Shown: positions 14,097-28,725, counted from the stretch's first letter. The stretch is DNA of 64,000 nucleotides from Heptranchias perlo (GCF_035084215.1 NC_090331.1:30814001-30878000), one strand, 5' to 3'. Notes: generated by a model from the letters alone, not told the origin. Numbers and translations are program-made.

Positions 14097-15565
14097 TTAC
14101 TATGTGATAAAACTATCCGTATCTGGATCAGAAGAGCTAGCTCCACTCTGTGCTATTACTAAAGCAAATCAAATTTTTGTTGGTGTTATATTCAATGTCA
14201 AAGTTAACCTTTTACCATGCCTATCAGCTGAAATTTATTCTAACAGGAATAAAATGAAATATTCCGACAGATAGCATCTTGAATTTAGAATTGTAGCCAA
14301 CAATTGAGATCTTGGGATTGACATACCTGCGGAAAATAGCTGGGGTAAAGTGAAAATAAGATGCAGCACAACAAGACACCAGTAGAAATGTGCAAGGACT
14401 TGTTACAAAGAACTTTTCTGAATTCAATTTTGGTGAAAGTAATTAGCAACCCCAAAGCATGGCATTACATTGAAAAAGCTGAACTTTTAAACAAATAGCA
14501 ACATAAAAGTGACTCTATCCATTGTACAAATAGTCAGAGATCATTGTAGTGAAACCATCTCACTGCACGAAGTTGGATTTGTCAAAATGAGGAGGTGGGA
14601 CATAGTCAGAGCATAACATGCTTCTAACAGGAATTTCTAATAAAATAGAATTTTATCACATAAAATTTTAATAACAGTGATTGGAAGTTCAGAAACACCT
14701 TTCTGAGAACCAAATTCAATTCCAAAGGGAAACCTGAGGGACAAATGGAGGCATCATCCAAGCTCTCATAAGTTGGTACACAAAATTATTTCTCCTTCCC
14801 CACTTTATCACAGGCATGGGTAATAGGCAGAAATAGCAGCAACTTAGCTCTTTTATATCTTCATGCATAAAAGAATCACTGGCACATAAACCCGCAATAA
14901 GTCATAATGAGGGCAGTGGAACCGGCAGACATAATACTTCAATTTGGTATTCATTCATTCAGTATAGAGGCTTTCAACCCAATTCCTCAGTAGGCTTTTG
15001 CCCAAATTAAATAGCTCCAGCAGCTGTCAGTTTATATGGAAAAATCATGATGGAAAGCAACAAAAAAGATCTTGTGTGTCACTGGGAAAGATCCACAGAA
15101 TGCAATAAAAAATTTTAAGCACTAATCAGGAGCTGTAGGTCTGAGTGGGCAATAATCAAAAATGGCATTGAAAGAATAGTGCGAGATTTTTTTCAACTTG
15201 AACTACAAGGGAAACTCGATAAAATTGTACAACTTCAACAAGATATTCCCTCTACGTGCAAATGGAATGAAAGAGGGAATGTAAAATTTTCTTACTAGCC
15301 AACAAAACAGATAAACATTAATTAAACTTATCTCTGGTACGGGAAAAAGTACACTTAGGTATGTGATCATTGACAAGAGAAAGAAAGATTGAGTGAGAGA
15401 TCTCGAGCAAATATAACCATTGATCAAAATGGAACTTCAATGTTTCTCCACCATCCCTTCCAAATATGAGCAAAGTTTAAGTGAACTGAACAGAATTTTT
15501 CTTAAAATACTTGAAGATTCGGGTTAAAGTAGAATATACTGTACTGTAAAACACTTAAAAAGTCA

Positions 15566-15952
<387 letters not shown>

Positions 15953-15994
15953 TCAATGTATTTTCAACTTTTTAAAAATGTACGCCAACAGCCT

Positions 15995-16745
15995 ACTGGA
16001 CAACATCCAGGCTTGGGATGATAAGTGGCAAGTAACATTCGCGCCAGACAAGTGCCAGGCAATTACCATCTCCAACAAGAGAGCACCTAATCACCACCCC
16101 ATGACATTCAATAGCATTGCCAATTCCCCTACTATCAACATCCTGGGGGTCACCACTGACCATAAAATAAACTGGAACAGCCACATAAATGTATTGGCTA
16201 CTAGAGCAGGTCAGAGGCTGGGTATTCTGTTGAGTGGCTCACCTCTTGACTCCCCAAAGACTCTCTACCACCAACAAGGCATATGACAGGAATGTAATGA
16301 AATACTCTTGCCTGGATGGGTGCAGTTCCAACACTCAAGAAGCTTGAAACTATCCAGAACAAAGCAATCTGTTTGATTGGCACCCTATTACTCAGTGGTT
16401 TAAAAATCCACTCCCTCCACCATCAGCGTACCTTGGCTGCAGTGTGTACTGTCCACAGGAAGCAATGAAGCAACTCCCCAAGACTTCTTCGGTAGCACCG
16501 CATAGAACTAGAGCAGCAGGTGCCTAGGAATACCATCACCTCCAAGTTCCCCTCCAAGTCACATACCATCCTGGCTTGGGTATATATCGCCAAAATACTG
16601 GAACTCCCCACCTAACAGCATTGTGGAAGCACCTTCACCACACGGACTGCAACGGTTCAAGAAGGTGGCTCACTATCATCTTCTCAACTAGGGATGGGCA
16701 ATAAATGCTGGCAGAGCCAGCAACACCCACATACTGAGAATGAAT
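15995..16745 (+). mobile_element. LINE 3' fragment, same family as 5385-5812
   Basis: IQAWDDKWQVTFAPDKCQ...ILGVT...RAGQRLGIL; shared gggatgggcaataaatgctgg tail. Confidence 0.85.
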
Positions 16746-17228
16746 TAAAAGAAACCTTCAATTGCAGGGAGTATCTTGAGCAACTTGATTGCAAAGTAAA
16801 TTGCGAATTGCTTTGGAACATCCCAACACCAGGAAAACACACTACAGACTTTGGGGGAAGGAATGGGGACTCAGATTCTCCAGCCTGTAATGTGGTTTTC
16901 CGGGGTGCAGTGACTCTGGAGAAGCTCTCAGATTGTCGTGAAGTTATAGCCCCTGCTATTTACAATGGACCTGCTCCAGGATAAGTTACTGATGTTACTA
17001 GAGCAGACTAATAGGGAGTCTGAGAAGCTCCATGTCGGTAACTCAACTGAGTTTTAAAAAAAAATTCTGTGAAGATTTACTTTCTTCTATATATAAAAAA
17101 AAAGGTGGTGGGGACGAGGGGGGCTACTTTGAACAAAAAGTACTCGTCTAGACTTACCTTCCCCTTCAAACTAATTCTCTAACTGGATGGCAAGACAGGC
17201 AAGTAAAAATCCATTGAAGGTGACATAC

Positions 17229-17383
17229 CTGATAGGACTGCATTGAAGGATATTGGACCATCATGCCTTGCATGTGATTGCCCATACTGCTATGTTGGCC
17301 ACTCACAACATTTTGATTTTGAGGCTGAACACTAACCAATCCCGGATAGCTTTGCTGCTGACTTGACATCACGGTTTGAAAAC
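17229..17383 (-). CDS. R3HDM1: R3HDM1 coding exon (FQTVMSSQQQSYPG...YPSMQSYQ)
   Basis: 155 nt, phase 1 to 0. Confidence 0.94.
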
Positions 17384-18709
17384 CTGCAACAAAATAATTT
17401 GAGATTTATAATTTAGTCTATTTCTCCTCAAAATGTTAAACACGTGCATTGTCCAAAAAGTTTGAAGGATTTGTAATGCACTGGAACATTAGCATTGGTA
17501 GAATGATACTTTAAAGAAAACACCTTCAGTTCTGATAGCAAAATCTTACTTGATAATAAAAAAGTAATTTTCAAAATGATAGATCTCTTTAGCTGACTCT
17601 GCATTACAACAAGAAGTGGCATCTTCAAATGACATTGCTTTATTTAATGAAGTGCCTAGTGAGTACATTTTGTTTGAAATAAATCCCCCACTTTTACATT
17701 ATAAAATAATATGCATAGAAGAAATTTGACATTTTAGTAAAAGTATTAATTTGGATTGTTTAAAGTTTTTCTCAATTCTTGTGGGTTCCAATGGGATTTG
17801 AAGTAACTGAGCAGGATAGCAGGCATAAAACTTATTGTTGTGCCTATAACTTTGTTGAGAACAGGTAACAAAAACAAACTAACACTGCAATTTTTGGCTG
17901 CATCAACTCATCATTTCACACTTTTGCCTAAAACATTACTCTTTAACAGGTTACCATGAAGGAATAGTCAGCAGATTATTTGATTGTGAGGGCCTTCAGC
18001 CTAATCTTGTGCTTGCCAGATGTCCACATATGTGCACTTCAAGCAGCAATAGGAACCCTGGCTAATTTTACAATTTTTAACCCAAGACCATTTTACAAGT
18101 CTTACCATTATGCAGGCTAACTCAGCATAGGTTGGGCATTGACATTGGATCCTTCTTAGCTTGTATGTCTTCAATAGATGGATCATTGGGGAAGCTTAAT
18201 TATTAATCATCAAATGAAAGGTACAAAGATCTTGGAAGTAGAAATGCTGGTCTGAGTTAGTCACTTACAAATTTTAATTATTTCTCTTCATAAATTTTGC
18301 AGGCATTTCAAACGTTCCATCCACTTCAATACAACACTGGTGTCAAAACTACACTGTGGACCGTATTAGTCCCTAAAGCCCAGGCAACTTGGTTCTATTT
18401 ATGGAGATGGGACATCTCCACTCCAGGAGAACTTGTGCAATCCTATTGCCAAACAAGAATTGCAGCAAGTAAAGAATTAGATTCTCCAAAGCTTTTGGAG
18501 CAGCTAAAAACTATCAGATAATAAAATAGATGAATAGATAACTAAAATGGATGAGTAACCTCAGGTATTTTCTTAAAGGGCAGCACAGACAGAAGTAGAT
18601 TTAAAGCAAGAGCATTTGAAAAGTCAAGGTTAAAGGGGTGCAGTAGAAAGGAACTAATGTGAGAGAGTACACCTATAGGAAGTAGAAGGCAAAGAGGATC
18701 AAAAATCAA

Positions 18710-20050
18710 AATTTGCATTTGTTACATCTTTAATATAGAAAAATGTCCCAGGGAGCATTGGAGAGGTATAATTAGACAAGAATGGACACCGAACCAAAGG
18801 AGGAGATATTAGAAAGGGTGCCCAAAAGCTTGTTCAAAGAACTGGGCTTTAAGGAGGGTCCTAAAGGAGGAGAAGGAGGTGGAGAGGCAGACGTGTTTAG
18901 AGAGGGAAATTATACAGCGTGTGGCCTAGACTACTGAAGGTATGGCCACTAACGGTAGGGCAAAGGGAGAGAGTGTTGTAAGGCCGGAGGAAGGTACAGA
19001 GATGGGGGAATGAGGCCATGAAGGGATTTAAACATGAGGTTGAGAATTTTAATTTGAAGGTAGTGGAGGATCGGGAGATCAGCACGGACAGTAGTGATGG
19101 GTAAGAAGTACATAGTGCAGAATAGGATACAGCCAGCAGAGTTTTAGATGAGCTGAAGTTTAGAGTGTGGAGGATGGGAGACCGACCAGGAGAACATTGG
19201 AATAGTTGAGTCTGGAGGTAACAAAGGCACAGATGAGAGATGCAGCAACAGATGGGCTGAGGCAGGGATGGAGGTGGAAGTAAGCAGTCTTTGTGATGGA
19301 GAGGACGCGGGGTCAGAAACTCAGGAGGGGCTGAATAGGTTGCGGAGACTTGAAACAGTTTAGTTTAGCCTGAGACAGCAAAAAGGATAGTGAGTTTATG
19401 GCTGGATTGAAGTTGATTGTTTCAGCCTTCCCAATGTTTCACTGGAGGAAATTGTGGTTCATCCTAAACTGGATATCAGACAAGCAGCCTGACAGCACAA
19501 ACGGGTGAAGAGGTAGAGCTGGATGTTGTCAGCGTACACATGGAAGCTGAACCTATGTCTGTTGGGTGAGGAAGCGGTCAACGACAGATCCTTGGGGGAC
19601 TCCAGAGGCAACGGTGTAGAGATGGGAAGAGAAACCATTGCTGGAGTTGCTCTAGCTACGATCAAATAGGTAAGAGTGGAACTAAGCGTGGGCAATCCCA
19701 CTGAGTTGGACAATGGAAGAATGGTGTTCGTGGAAGATGGTGTCATCGACTGTGTCAAAGGCTGCCAAGAGGATCGAGGATAATGCACCACGGCCACAAG
19801 CACAAAGGATGTCACTGATGATTGGGTTGGGGCATTTTGGTGCTGTGGCAAGGAGGGAAACTGATTCGAGAGACTCATACATGGAGTTGCACGAAAGTTG
19901 GGTACTGATTTGGGAGTCAACAATACGTTCAAGAACTTGGGAGAGGAAAGGGAGGTTGGAGATGCGGCGCTAATTTGCAAGGACAGAGCAGTTGGGGGTG
20001 GGTTTTTGAAGTGGCAGAAGTTTTGAAAGTGAGGGGGACAGTACCTGAGG
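18710..20050 (-). mobile_element. L2 LINE fragment
   Basis: AAFDTVD and YADNIQLY remnants; similar to 10080-12130. Confidence 0.85.
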
Positions 20051-20184
20051 TAGTACATCAATCTGACAATTCTCTCAGATCATTGGTCAGGCTGCAATTA
20101 GAACAGTGTGTCAGTTTTGGGCACCTTACTTTAGGAAGGATGTGTATTCCATGGAAAGTGTGCTAAGATATTCACTATGTTACT

Positions 20185-20620
20185 AGGAATGAAAGGTTTT
20201 TGTTTATGAGGGGAGGCTAGAGAAACTGGGGCTCTTTTCATTAGAACAAAGAAGGTTAAGAGGAGTTCAAAATGGAGAGGTTTTGGTAAAGTAAATCTGG
20301 AAAAACTATTCCACTGGTCAGTAATTAGAAGGCAGAAATTCAAGACCATAAGGAAAAATTGCAGTGAGGTTAGGGGAACTAATTTTTAAAAAAATGTAGA
20401 GGGTTGTTAAAGCATGAAAAGTCCTACCAGAAACAGTACTGAAAGCAGAATCTAAAATAGTTTTTAAAATGGGAAGTGGATAAAATATTTGAAACAGACA
20501 AATTTTAAAAAAGGTAGAGGCAGGGGAATAGGATTCAACGGATAGCCCTTTCTGGGAGCTAGCACAGTGTGACTGGCTGAATGGCCTCTATATGCACGGA
20601 AAAATTCTATTATTCTAATT
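20185..20620 (+). mobile_element. Decayed CR1 3' end
   Basis: Similar to 29762-30200 (gaaactggggctcttttcattagaaca...ggctgaatggcct). Confidence 0.65.
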
Positions 20621-21659
20621 TGTTATTGTCACATGAACTCCAAAGTGCAATTGCAGAGTTTACTGGGGCCCAATAATGAAATAATTCATATAAAAGCTGA
20701 CAGTTTATTCCAGGACTACTGTTTCATAAGTGACATTATTTTTGAGCGATCTGACAAATCACAAAATGTAATTTTCATAATACACAAAAGTAACTAGCAT
20801 TTGTCACTATTTTAGGGTGTACAAACTCAAATGGTGAACTTTACATACTATTTTATATGAGAAAAATGTCAAACAGTCATGCCTGCATTTTAAATTAATT
20901 CAAATAATAGCTTTTGTTTTAAAATATAAATAATACGTTGAGTTTTTTCAACCATTTAGTGAAATCCTAAAGTAATAGACACGAGGTAAACAGCACAATA
21001 TTTTCTATTAAACACAAACACTTGCCAGCCTACATGCTGAGAAAAGATTTCAGTCTTAGAAGAATGTACTATTTTTAGCAAAAGGTTCAATGGCCAAATT
21101 ACATGATAGACATTATCCATGGCAACCATCTAAAATTCTCACTGAAATTGGCAGGAGACTGTACCACTACTGTGAATATGTTTCAATTATGTCATTACTG
21201 CAGAACAAACTGTGATCAATTTCCCCAGAAGAGAGAAAAGTAGGGCAAAATAAATTGATGGTTCAGAATCTTTCCTCAGGGCTTCAAGCACCATTCTATT
21301 TTTAGATGTTTTTAGTCACCTTACTGTCACAAAACAGGAGAAATCAGTATTTGGTACCAAAGACATTTTCCACCGTGAGGGAAAAGACATTTTCCACCAT
21401 CCCAGTTTAAGCAAAGAATATGATTAATTTAGTGCCTTTACAATAATGAACTAATCAGAAATGCTATTAAAAATTAAGAGTTCCACACATGACAATTAAA
21501 ATGGCATGTTAATATTCACATACACAGCATTTCACCTATTACTACTAAGTAATAATCCCATTCTGACATTTGAAAAAGAATTAGGTTACAAGTTTCAGTC
21601 CATCACATTTCATATTGATATTATAAGTCATCGATCTAGACACTTGCCCCGTGGTTTAT

Positions 21660-21741
21660 GAAGCAGCTGAAAAAGAGACCGGTTCACTGTGAGAAATGTA
21701 GCACTCTCAGACAGTGCTCCGGCCCCGTATTCAACAGCTCA
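21660..21741 (-). ncRNA. MIR128-1: pre-miR-128-1 hairpin (3p mature 21672-21692, 5p 21705-21727)
   Basis: Minus strand contains the exact miR-128-3p TCACAGTGAACCGGTCTCTTT, paired with CGGGGCCGGAGCACTGTCTGAGA; TGAGCTGTTG...CAGCTGCTTC flanks are of the 128-1 type; intronic and sense to R3HDM1. Confidence 0.98.
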
Positions 21742-22116
21742 CAGAAATGCTGATTATCAATTCAAATTCAACATCCTTCAGACATATGCCAGGACGGAGA
21801 TTGACAGAAGGCTGAGAAATTCACAGAAAGAAATCCCATGTCTGTTCATTCGGCACCTCCTATTTTCACAGCATGGTGCCAGAACACAGTTTATGTATGA
21901 ATCTGGATTATCTTTTTAATAAAATAATATTTAAAATGTGAGCAACATCATAATTCTTTAACTTTCTCATCCCCGAGTAGACATGTATCCAAGCACTTCA
22001 AAAAGATTAATTAAAAGAAAACCAAAAAGCTTAGGAATTAGCAGATACAAATAAACTATTTTTACAATTATTATAAACCATTACATGAAGGAAAAAGTGC
22101 ACAAACAGAAACCAAC

Positions 22117-22240
22117 CTGTTTGCTGGGTAGTTTGTGACAATGGCTGGTTGTGCTGAGTGTTGTAATGGATAGGGGCTATAGGCCGATACTGCTGACTGG
22201 AATGGGGGTACTGACCTGGAGCACAGTAACAACTAGACAG
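22117..22240 (-). CDS. R3HDM1: R3HDM1 coding exon (LSSCYCAPGQYPHSSQQYRP...QQT)
   Basis: 124 nt; CYCAPG motif; directly upstream of the miR-128 hairpin. Confidence 0.95.
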
Positions 22241-24289
22241 CTGAAAAAAAAAGAAAAAAACAGTTCTTAAAGAGGATTGTTGCCTTGAAACGTTAGCTGA
22301 AAATTTCTTTTTTTTTTTGAGTAAAAACAATATGTAATGATCTAATTTGTGTCAAAAACTGTCACTGTGTCACAGAAATATCACTTAAATATACCATCAC
22401 ATCATAACATATTATAGGTGTTGTATCTAACCACTCTCCCCATATGACAGCATCAATCCCCTTTAAGGACCCCAAAAGATTATACATTGGTATAATCATT
22501 TTGTACACAGTGCTTTTTCTTATACCATTAAGATTAATCAATACGCAGTATACAAAGTTACCACGATGCAAGATTAATGTTTGCTACCCAGTATTACGAA
22601 CATCGGATTTTTATTGATGCTCAGACTTTTGTTCACAAAAAACTTTTGTTCTCGCTCTTCAATCCATTTTATTTGATCTTCTCTGCAAGATTCTGCACAT
22701 ATCACACTTTGTTATGGATGCAAAACAATCTTAAAATGGTGGTGTTTCAGAGTTGAATTTGATAAGCACATTCCAATGTGCAAAGTTCTCTAACCAAACA
22801 ACAGTTGATCTCTGAAGGATTAGGCCAACATGAAGGCAATTCCACTTCAGCTGAATACATTGTGCATTCATGGTATAATATCCTGTCATTATAAGACAAT
22901 GTATCATCCAATGTACCATCAGTAAGACACTGGAGACCCATATACACAAGAATCTCACTTACTTCCTGGGAACACTCCTCTTCACACTTTGTTGATTAGC
23001 ACTGCTATTGTTCTAAAACAGCATATCCATCCAAATAACATTGAGATCTAATATGTTAATATATAATTAAACATTAGCATATAATAAAATATACATATAA
23101 ACTATGGATAGCCTATTGAATTGCTCATGGGTTTAATTGCTAACCTGGTCTAACCCTTTGAGGCCAATTCTCCCAATAGATAAATCCAAGTTGCTGTAGG
23201 TACTTATAAAATGCTGATATCAGAGGTTGGTTGTATTCTTGTGAATTTCAGGCTGCAGGTCAGTGATTGGCTGTCTCTTTTTTTTAAAAAAAAAGATTGT
23301 TTTGCATCGGTAAAGAAATGTGATACTCACACTACTCACTGAATACGTGTACTGTGTTTTTATTACAATGTATTATATTAGTGATAGATGTGTGATCATA
23401 TTACCTTTTTGTGGAAACCTTGATTAATATGTTTGTTTAGCTACGTATTGAGTTTTATGTTCTGCCTTTAAAATACACAAAAGTCCAGGAGCCACAAAAA
23501 GACGGAAGGGAAGATGTTCTAGGTTGCAGGTAGGCATGTGTAAAAGTACCAAGGAAGGTGATGTGGCTTGGTAGTGTTGGACGGGAGAGCTATGGATATG
23601 GGAACATGGCGGAGGGGTGCTGGGGTGTGGGGGGAGCAGAGGATTGTTGAGATATAGGAGTAATGGGGAGGGTGGTCTGTGAGTTTTGGAATAGTGGAAG
23701 AGGGTTATGTGGTCTGGGAGTGGCATGTTGGGAGTGGAACTGGGGTATGGCAGTGGTGGAAAGATGGTGATGGAGTTTGGAAACATGGGGCTGGAGGGAT
23801 TGCTAGATGTCGGAGTACTGGAAATGGGGTCCAAGAGAGAATGAATAGTGGGAGGGGGAGTTATGCCGACAAAACCGCTAAAGTCACAGCTGTGATCTGG
23901 TAATTGGTAACAAAATTCTTTAAAGCGCTAACTGTGCGTTTACTATCTTAGCAAAAATACAGCAAGTACTTTAAAGAAATTGAAACCGATTCCTGGGTCA
24001 CAGTTGGGAGCACACTGACGGGGATGTTCTTAAGGGCTGGGTCGGTAGTGATGAGTAGCAGCAAGAGTAAGTAAGGTGGGGGGGGGAAGGGAAGGCATGG
24101 TTCCTTGGGCCAGGACTGATGAGAGACAGAGGAGGGAACAATGAATGGGGGAAAAAGAAATACAGGCATTCTTAAGCAGTTACTGTGCTTTTACTACAAT
24201 ACCTCAGTGAGAGCGGTGGGAATTGGATGGGTGGTCAGGGGGTGGTGATGGTGGGGACACCACATTGGGACAGTAGGGGTAGTTGCAAG

Positions 24290-25150
24290 TAGGACCGTCT
24301 TGCCTTTACAAATGCAAGTTGTTGTTGTTGAGACCGGGAGCCAGTGTGGGTCAGCAGGGATGGGGGGGATGGGGGTGATGGGAAAGTGGGACTAATTCTG
24401 GGACAGGTTATATGCAGCGAAATTTTGGACAGACCAGGGTTTATGGAAAATGGAGACCAGCAGGAAGAGAGTTAAAGTTGTTGAGTCATATATTGGGCTG
24501 TCAGCAGCAGAGGAGTAGAGGTAGGGGTGGAGGTGGAAGTAAGCAATCTTGTTGTCGGATAGAATATGCGGTTTAAAGTTCAGCTCAGTGTGCAACAGGA
24601 TGCCAAGATTACAAGTGGTTAGGTTCTTCCCGAGAGAGTGGCCAGAGAGTGGGGTGCAATCAGTAGCAAAGGAATGGGGTTTGAGATAGGGCCAAAACGA
24701 CTTTGAACTTCCCAATGTTGAGCTGGAACAAGTGACTCAATCCAAGCCTTGATGTTGGAAATGTAGTCTGGCAATGGAGGGTCATTTGATGGGTTGAGAT
24801 AAGTGATTGAAGGATAGAGGATGGCTTGTTCATCGCATGTACTGCACATTGTGGAAAGGTCGAGGAAAACGAAGGGAGCTAATGCATCAGTGTCACAAAA
24901 AAATGTCGTCTGTACCTTTGCCTAGGGCTGCTTTGGTGCTGTGTAGAGATGGCTAGTTGGACTGGAGCGCTTCGAACAAGCAGTTATGGGAGAGACGGGC
25001 ATGAAGCTGGGAGATGACGACATGTTTAAGGACTTTAAAAAAGGAAAGAGAGCTTGGAGATGGACGGTAACTGGAGAGGACAGATGCGGCAAGAGTTTTT
25101 TTTGGGGGGCAATGACAGTGGTTTTAAAGGGGAGAGGGAGAGGGACAGTG
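24290..25150 (-). mobile_element. Decayed, internally deleted L2 fragment
   Basis: NLGILLHTELNFKPHIL...AYFHL remnants. Confidence 0.7.
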
Positions 25151-25302
25151 CCTGAAGTTTGCATACAGAGTTGACTTTCACATGCTTAACAACACTTGTT
25201 GCAACATGTATTAGGCATCTGGAAATCCAAGTGTTTGTGTACTCAGCAGGGTTAATTTTGAGAGATAGTCACCTGTAAGTTTTTAAACAGCTGTATTATG
25301 TT

Positions 25303-25423
25303 CACCTGACAAAGGAGAAAGCCTCCGAAAGCTTGTGATTTTCAAATAAAACTGCTGGACTATAACCTGGTGTTGTAAGATTCCTTACATTTGTCAACCC
25401 CAGTCCATCACCGGCATCTCCAC
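25303..25423 (+). mobile_element. Short solo Penelope pLTR 3' end with degenerate hammerhead core (CTGACAA)
   Basis: Homologous to 50160-50249 and 39787-39915; 8-bp flanking repeat attatgtt at 25295-25302 and 25424-25431. Confidence 0.88.
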
Positions 25424-27647
25424 ATTATGTTGTCATGTCATCCAATATTTGGGGGGGGGGGGGGGGGTCCAATGCTATTGTTGGGTTTAGTAGGGTGTTG
25501 GCTGTAACAGCCACTAAAACTTTCCTTGCATATGCTACAACAGTTGCCATGTTAACAGCAATTCTTCTGATAGCTGGTCGTTCTAGTTCATACAAGGTCT
25601 TACTCTGCAGTGTTTCCAATGCTGTTCTATGAAGAGCTACCTTGGGTAGACAAGAAGCTGCCACCCAGAGGAAATGTCCTAACCATAATCTCAATATATT
25701 CTGTTCCTCTTCCTTCACTCCATCCTGTATTTTTAGCATTTCATTCCTGGCAACATCTGTCAATGAACTGAGGATTCCCTGAAGCAAATAAAGCTCAATA
25801 CTTGAACTTCTTCAAGGTTCATGCTTCACGGCAACGGTTACAATGAGACCTCTTAACAGAGGCTAATATTGTTATATGTCCATATCCAACTGATTGACAG
25901 GATCAAAATAGCAACAGTTGTCCAGACATTACATTATGAAGTGTTATCACTTGTCAATTCCTCTCCAATGTATTGAACTGGGTTACTTGTTCTATCCAGG
26001 TTTCATTATCCAGATGCTAGAGTCGTAACACTAAATGGAATCTGGTTGGGAAGTTCTTTACAAAACGGTTGTCTGTTTTACTTCAATACAAGAGTAGCAT
26101 TTCTACCGCTCCCCCCCAACCTGAACCCCCCAAAATATGGATCCTTTAGTTGTCCAATCTTCTATTTTCAACCCTGTTGAAATAACCTCAGTTACTTCAC
26201 TGAGTGTCACCTGGACCTGCAGCAACTATTTTGAGATTTCCTATTCTATCCAAGATTACATCTCTATCAATTTTAATATTTATAAAGTTATTTGATACAG
26301 GGTGTCCCACAGTTAGAACATGAGCATCATCCACAGGAGTATCGACTCATGCTATTCATCAAACAGCATTTAAAAACAAAACTACACATACTGTAATCAT
26401 TAAGGATCTAAAAGCACTGGTTTGAGCCTTGTAAGAATTGTAGAAAGATCTACAATTTTGTATACAAGCAAGAATTTGATATTTAATTTTTGTTCTGGGG
26501 ACAAGTGGAGTTTCTTTAAGGTCAAACTGGCTCCAAGATGACCTGCTGTTTGGAACCAAGTCAATCCCCTGTGGCAGATTCTTTTACACAAAATCTTAAC
26601 CTGGCAAGTCTCCAATATTCCATCGCACTGGTAATGATTCACCAGACAAACCAGTTCATTGATGGTATGTAGGGCAGCAAGGGGCATGTTTTTCCCCCCA
26701 CTCATCTCCAGATAACCCTGTAAATTCATGATCTTAACTGTTAGGGCGGTCCTACGTAGACAAGTGTCAAACCAGGTTGCTGTGCTGCTAAACTTCACAG
26801 TTTCAGCCAGTTAAACTCCAATGCTACTCTTATGAACACTAAGCAGTGGCCAACTTGCGCTCAAGTTCTCTAAGCCTAAATGAGTGGCATGCATTCCCAC
26901 ATAGAGAGTGAGCACTTTATATAAGGCAAACAGAAACTGTACTGTATGAATTTCTCAGTAGTTTGGAGACTCTTATGCATGGTGATTGGTTTCCATTCAT
27001 GTCAGGCATATGACACACCTAAGAAAATAGCTATTATTGGCAGGCTTAAATACAGATTGTATTAAAGTGCTGATCTCCATGTCCAGTATCATATCAGTAA
27101 ATAGCTAGAGAGATCGAACTTTATTTCAGCTATAAATAGTAAAACTCTTCAGTGTAATCACTTTGTTACGCCAATGGTGAAATTAGTGACTAAAAAAATC
27201 AGAACTACATTAGCTTTTAAAACAAATTAGGACCTTAAAGTCTAAAGCCACCTTCTCTTAAAATATTAAGATACAAATTCCATTTGTGATGTTTTAATGC
27301 AATGTTTATTTTACTTATTGAAAAGAGAACAATTCTGCATCTCTATCTAGAAATCTAGCAAGAGCTGACTTAAAAACTTCAAAGGAGGTGACAACCCAAA
27401 ATGGTGCAGAAAATAGGTCTCCGACACAAAAACAAGTAGTTATGCGAATTTAGTATCTTAAGCTGTAGATATACCCAACATTCCTTCACTTCTATTGGAG
27501 GGGAAAAAAACGAAGTGCATGAAAGCCTAAATGGGAAATACAATGTTGAAGGCACAAAATTTGTGATACATTTGTAGGGGTGTCTGGGGGCATGTTTCGC
27601 CTGGAATTTAAAAATAACTTTTACCCCTTCATTGCTGACATTAGCAG

Positions 27648-28123
27648 GTTTCAAAGGAACAGGAGTAGGCCATTTTGCCACTCGAGCCTGTTCCGCCATT
27701 CAGTGAGATCATGGCTGATCTGTGACCTAACTCCATATACCCACTTTAGTCCCATATCCCTTAATACCTTTGGTTAACAAAAATCTATCAATCTCAGATT
27801 TAAAATTATCAATTGAGCTAGAATCAACTGCTGTTTGAGGAAGAGTGTTCCAAACTTCTACCACCCTTTGCGTATAGAAGTGTTTCCTAACTTCACTCCT
27901 GAAAGTCCTGCCTCTAATTTTTAGGCTATGTCCCCTGGTCCTAGACTCCCGAACCAGTGGAAATAGTTTCTCTCTATCTACCTCATCAGTTCCCTATAAA
28001 ATCATGAAAACTTCGATCAAATCATCCCTTAATCTTCTAAATTCCAGGGAATACAACCCTAGTTTGTGTACTCTCTCCTCGTAATTTAACCCTTGGAGTC
28101 CGGGTATCAGTCCAGTAAATCTA
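27648..28123 (-). mobile_element. CR1 3' end
   Basis: Reverse complement of the sequence type at 33420-33860 (ggaacaggagtaggccatt). Confidence 0.85.
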
Positions 28124-28725
28124 CAAGCATCAGATAGAAGCTGTTGCAAAGACATGGACAGCACTTATACGGCAACTGTATCTAAGAGACGCTTGAATAA
28201 ATACTGTTTTCCTTATCCTGAAGTTCATGCTGCCCTTAAGGACCAACCATTATTATAGTTGAGTATGCAAATTTAATCCTAATTAAGCAGATAATAAACA
28301 AGAAACAACAATGCATAGTAAGGAATTTTGCCTAAAAAAAAATCAAGTCCATTCTCAGCAGGTGCATAAGGGAACAACAGAAGGAAGATGTGATGAATGT
28401 CAGTAATAAAATCTGGGATGAAAGGAATGGAATTTCTTTCTCTGATATCTAAGGCTTCAAAGTGAAATGAGTTTTGGGCAGTCTAAATCTTGTACCTGGT
28501 GTACACAAGGTTACTGCACAAAACTGCTCAGAATTTGACGTACAATTAGTAATCACACACAAAGACAGGGGTATGACAACTGGTGTACCAAGTGGAAATG
28601 TTCTATGGGTGCATCATGAAGTTGGTATTGAGGAACATTACTGAGGTGATGTAGAATCTTCATCCTGTCCTCTATAATTGACCTAGGAGTGCTTAATATT
28701 GACATTAAATTTCATTCTCTAACAT

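Noticed and set aside
23424-23834. 136-aa Pro/Ser-rich ORF as an extra exon
   Set aside because: It arises from C-rich low-complexity sequence, has no homology I recognise, and the flanking exons already join in phase.
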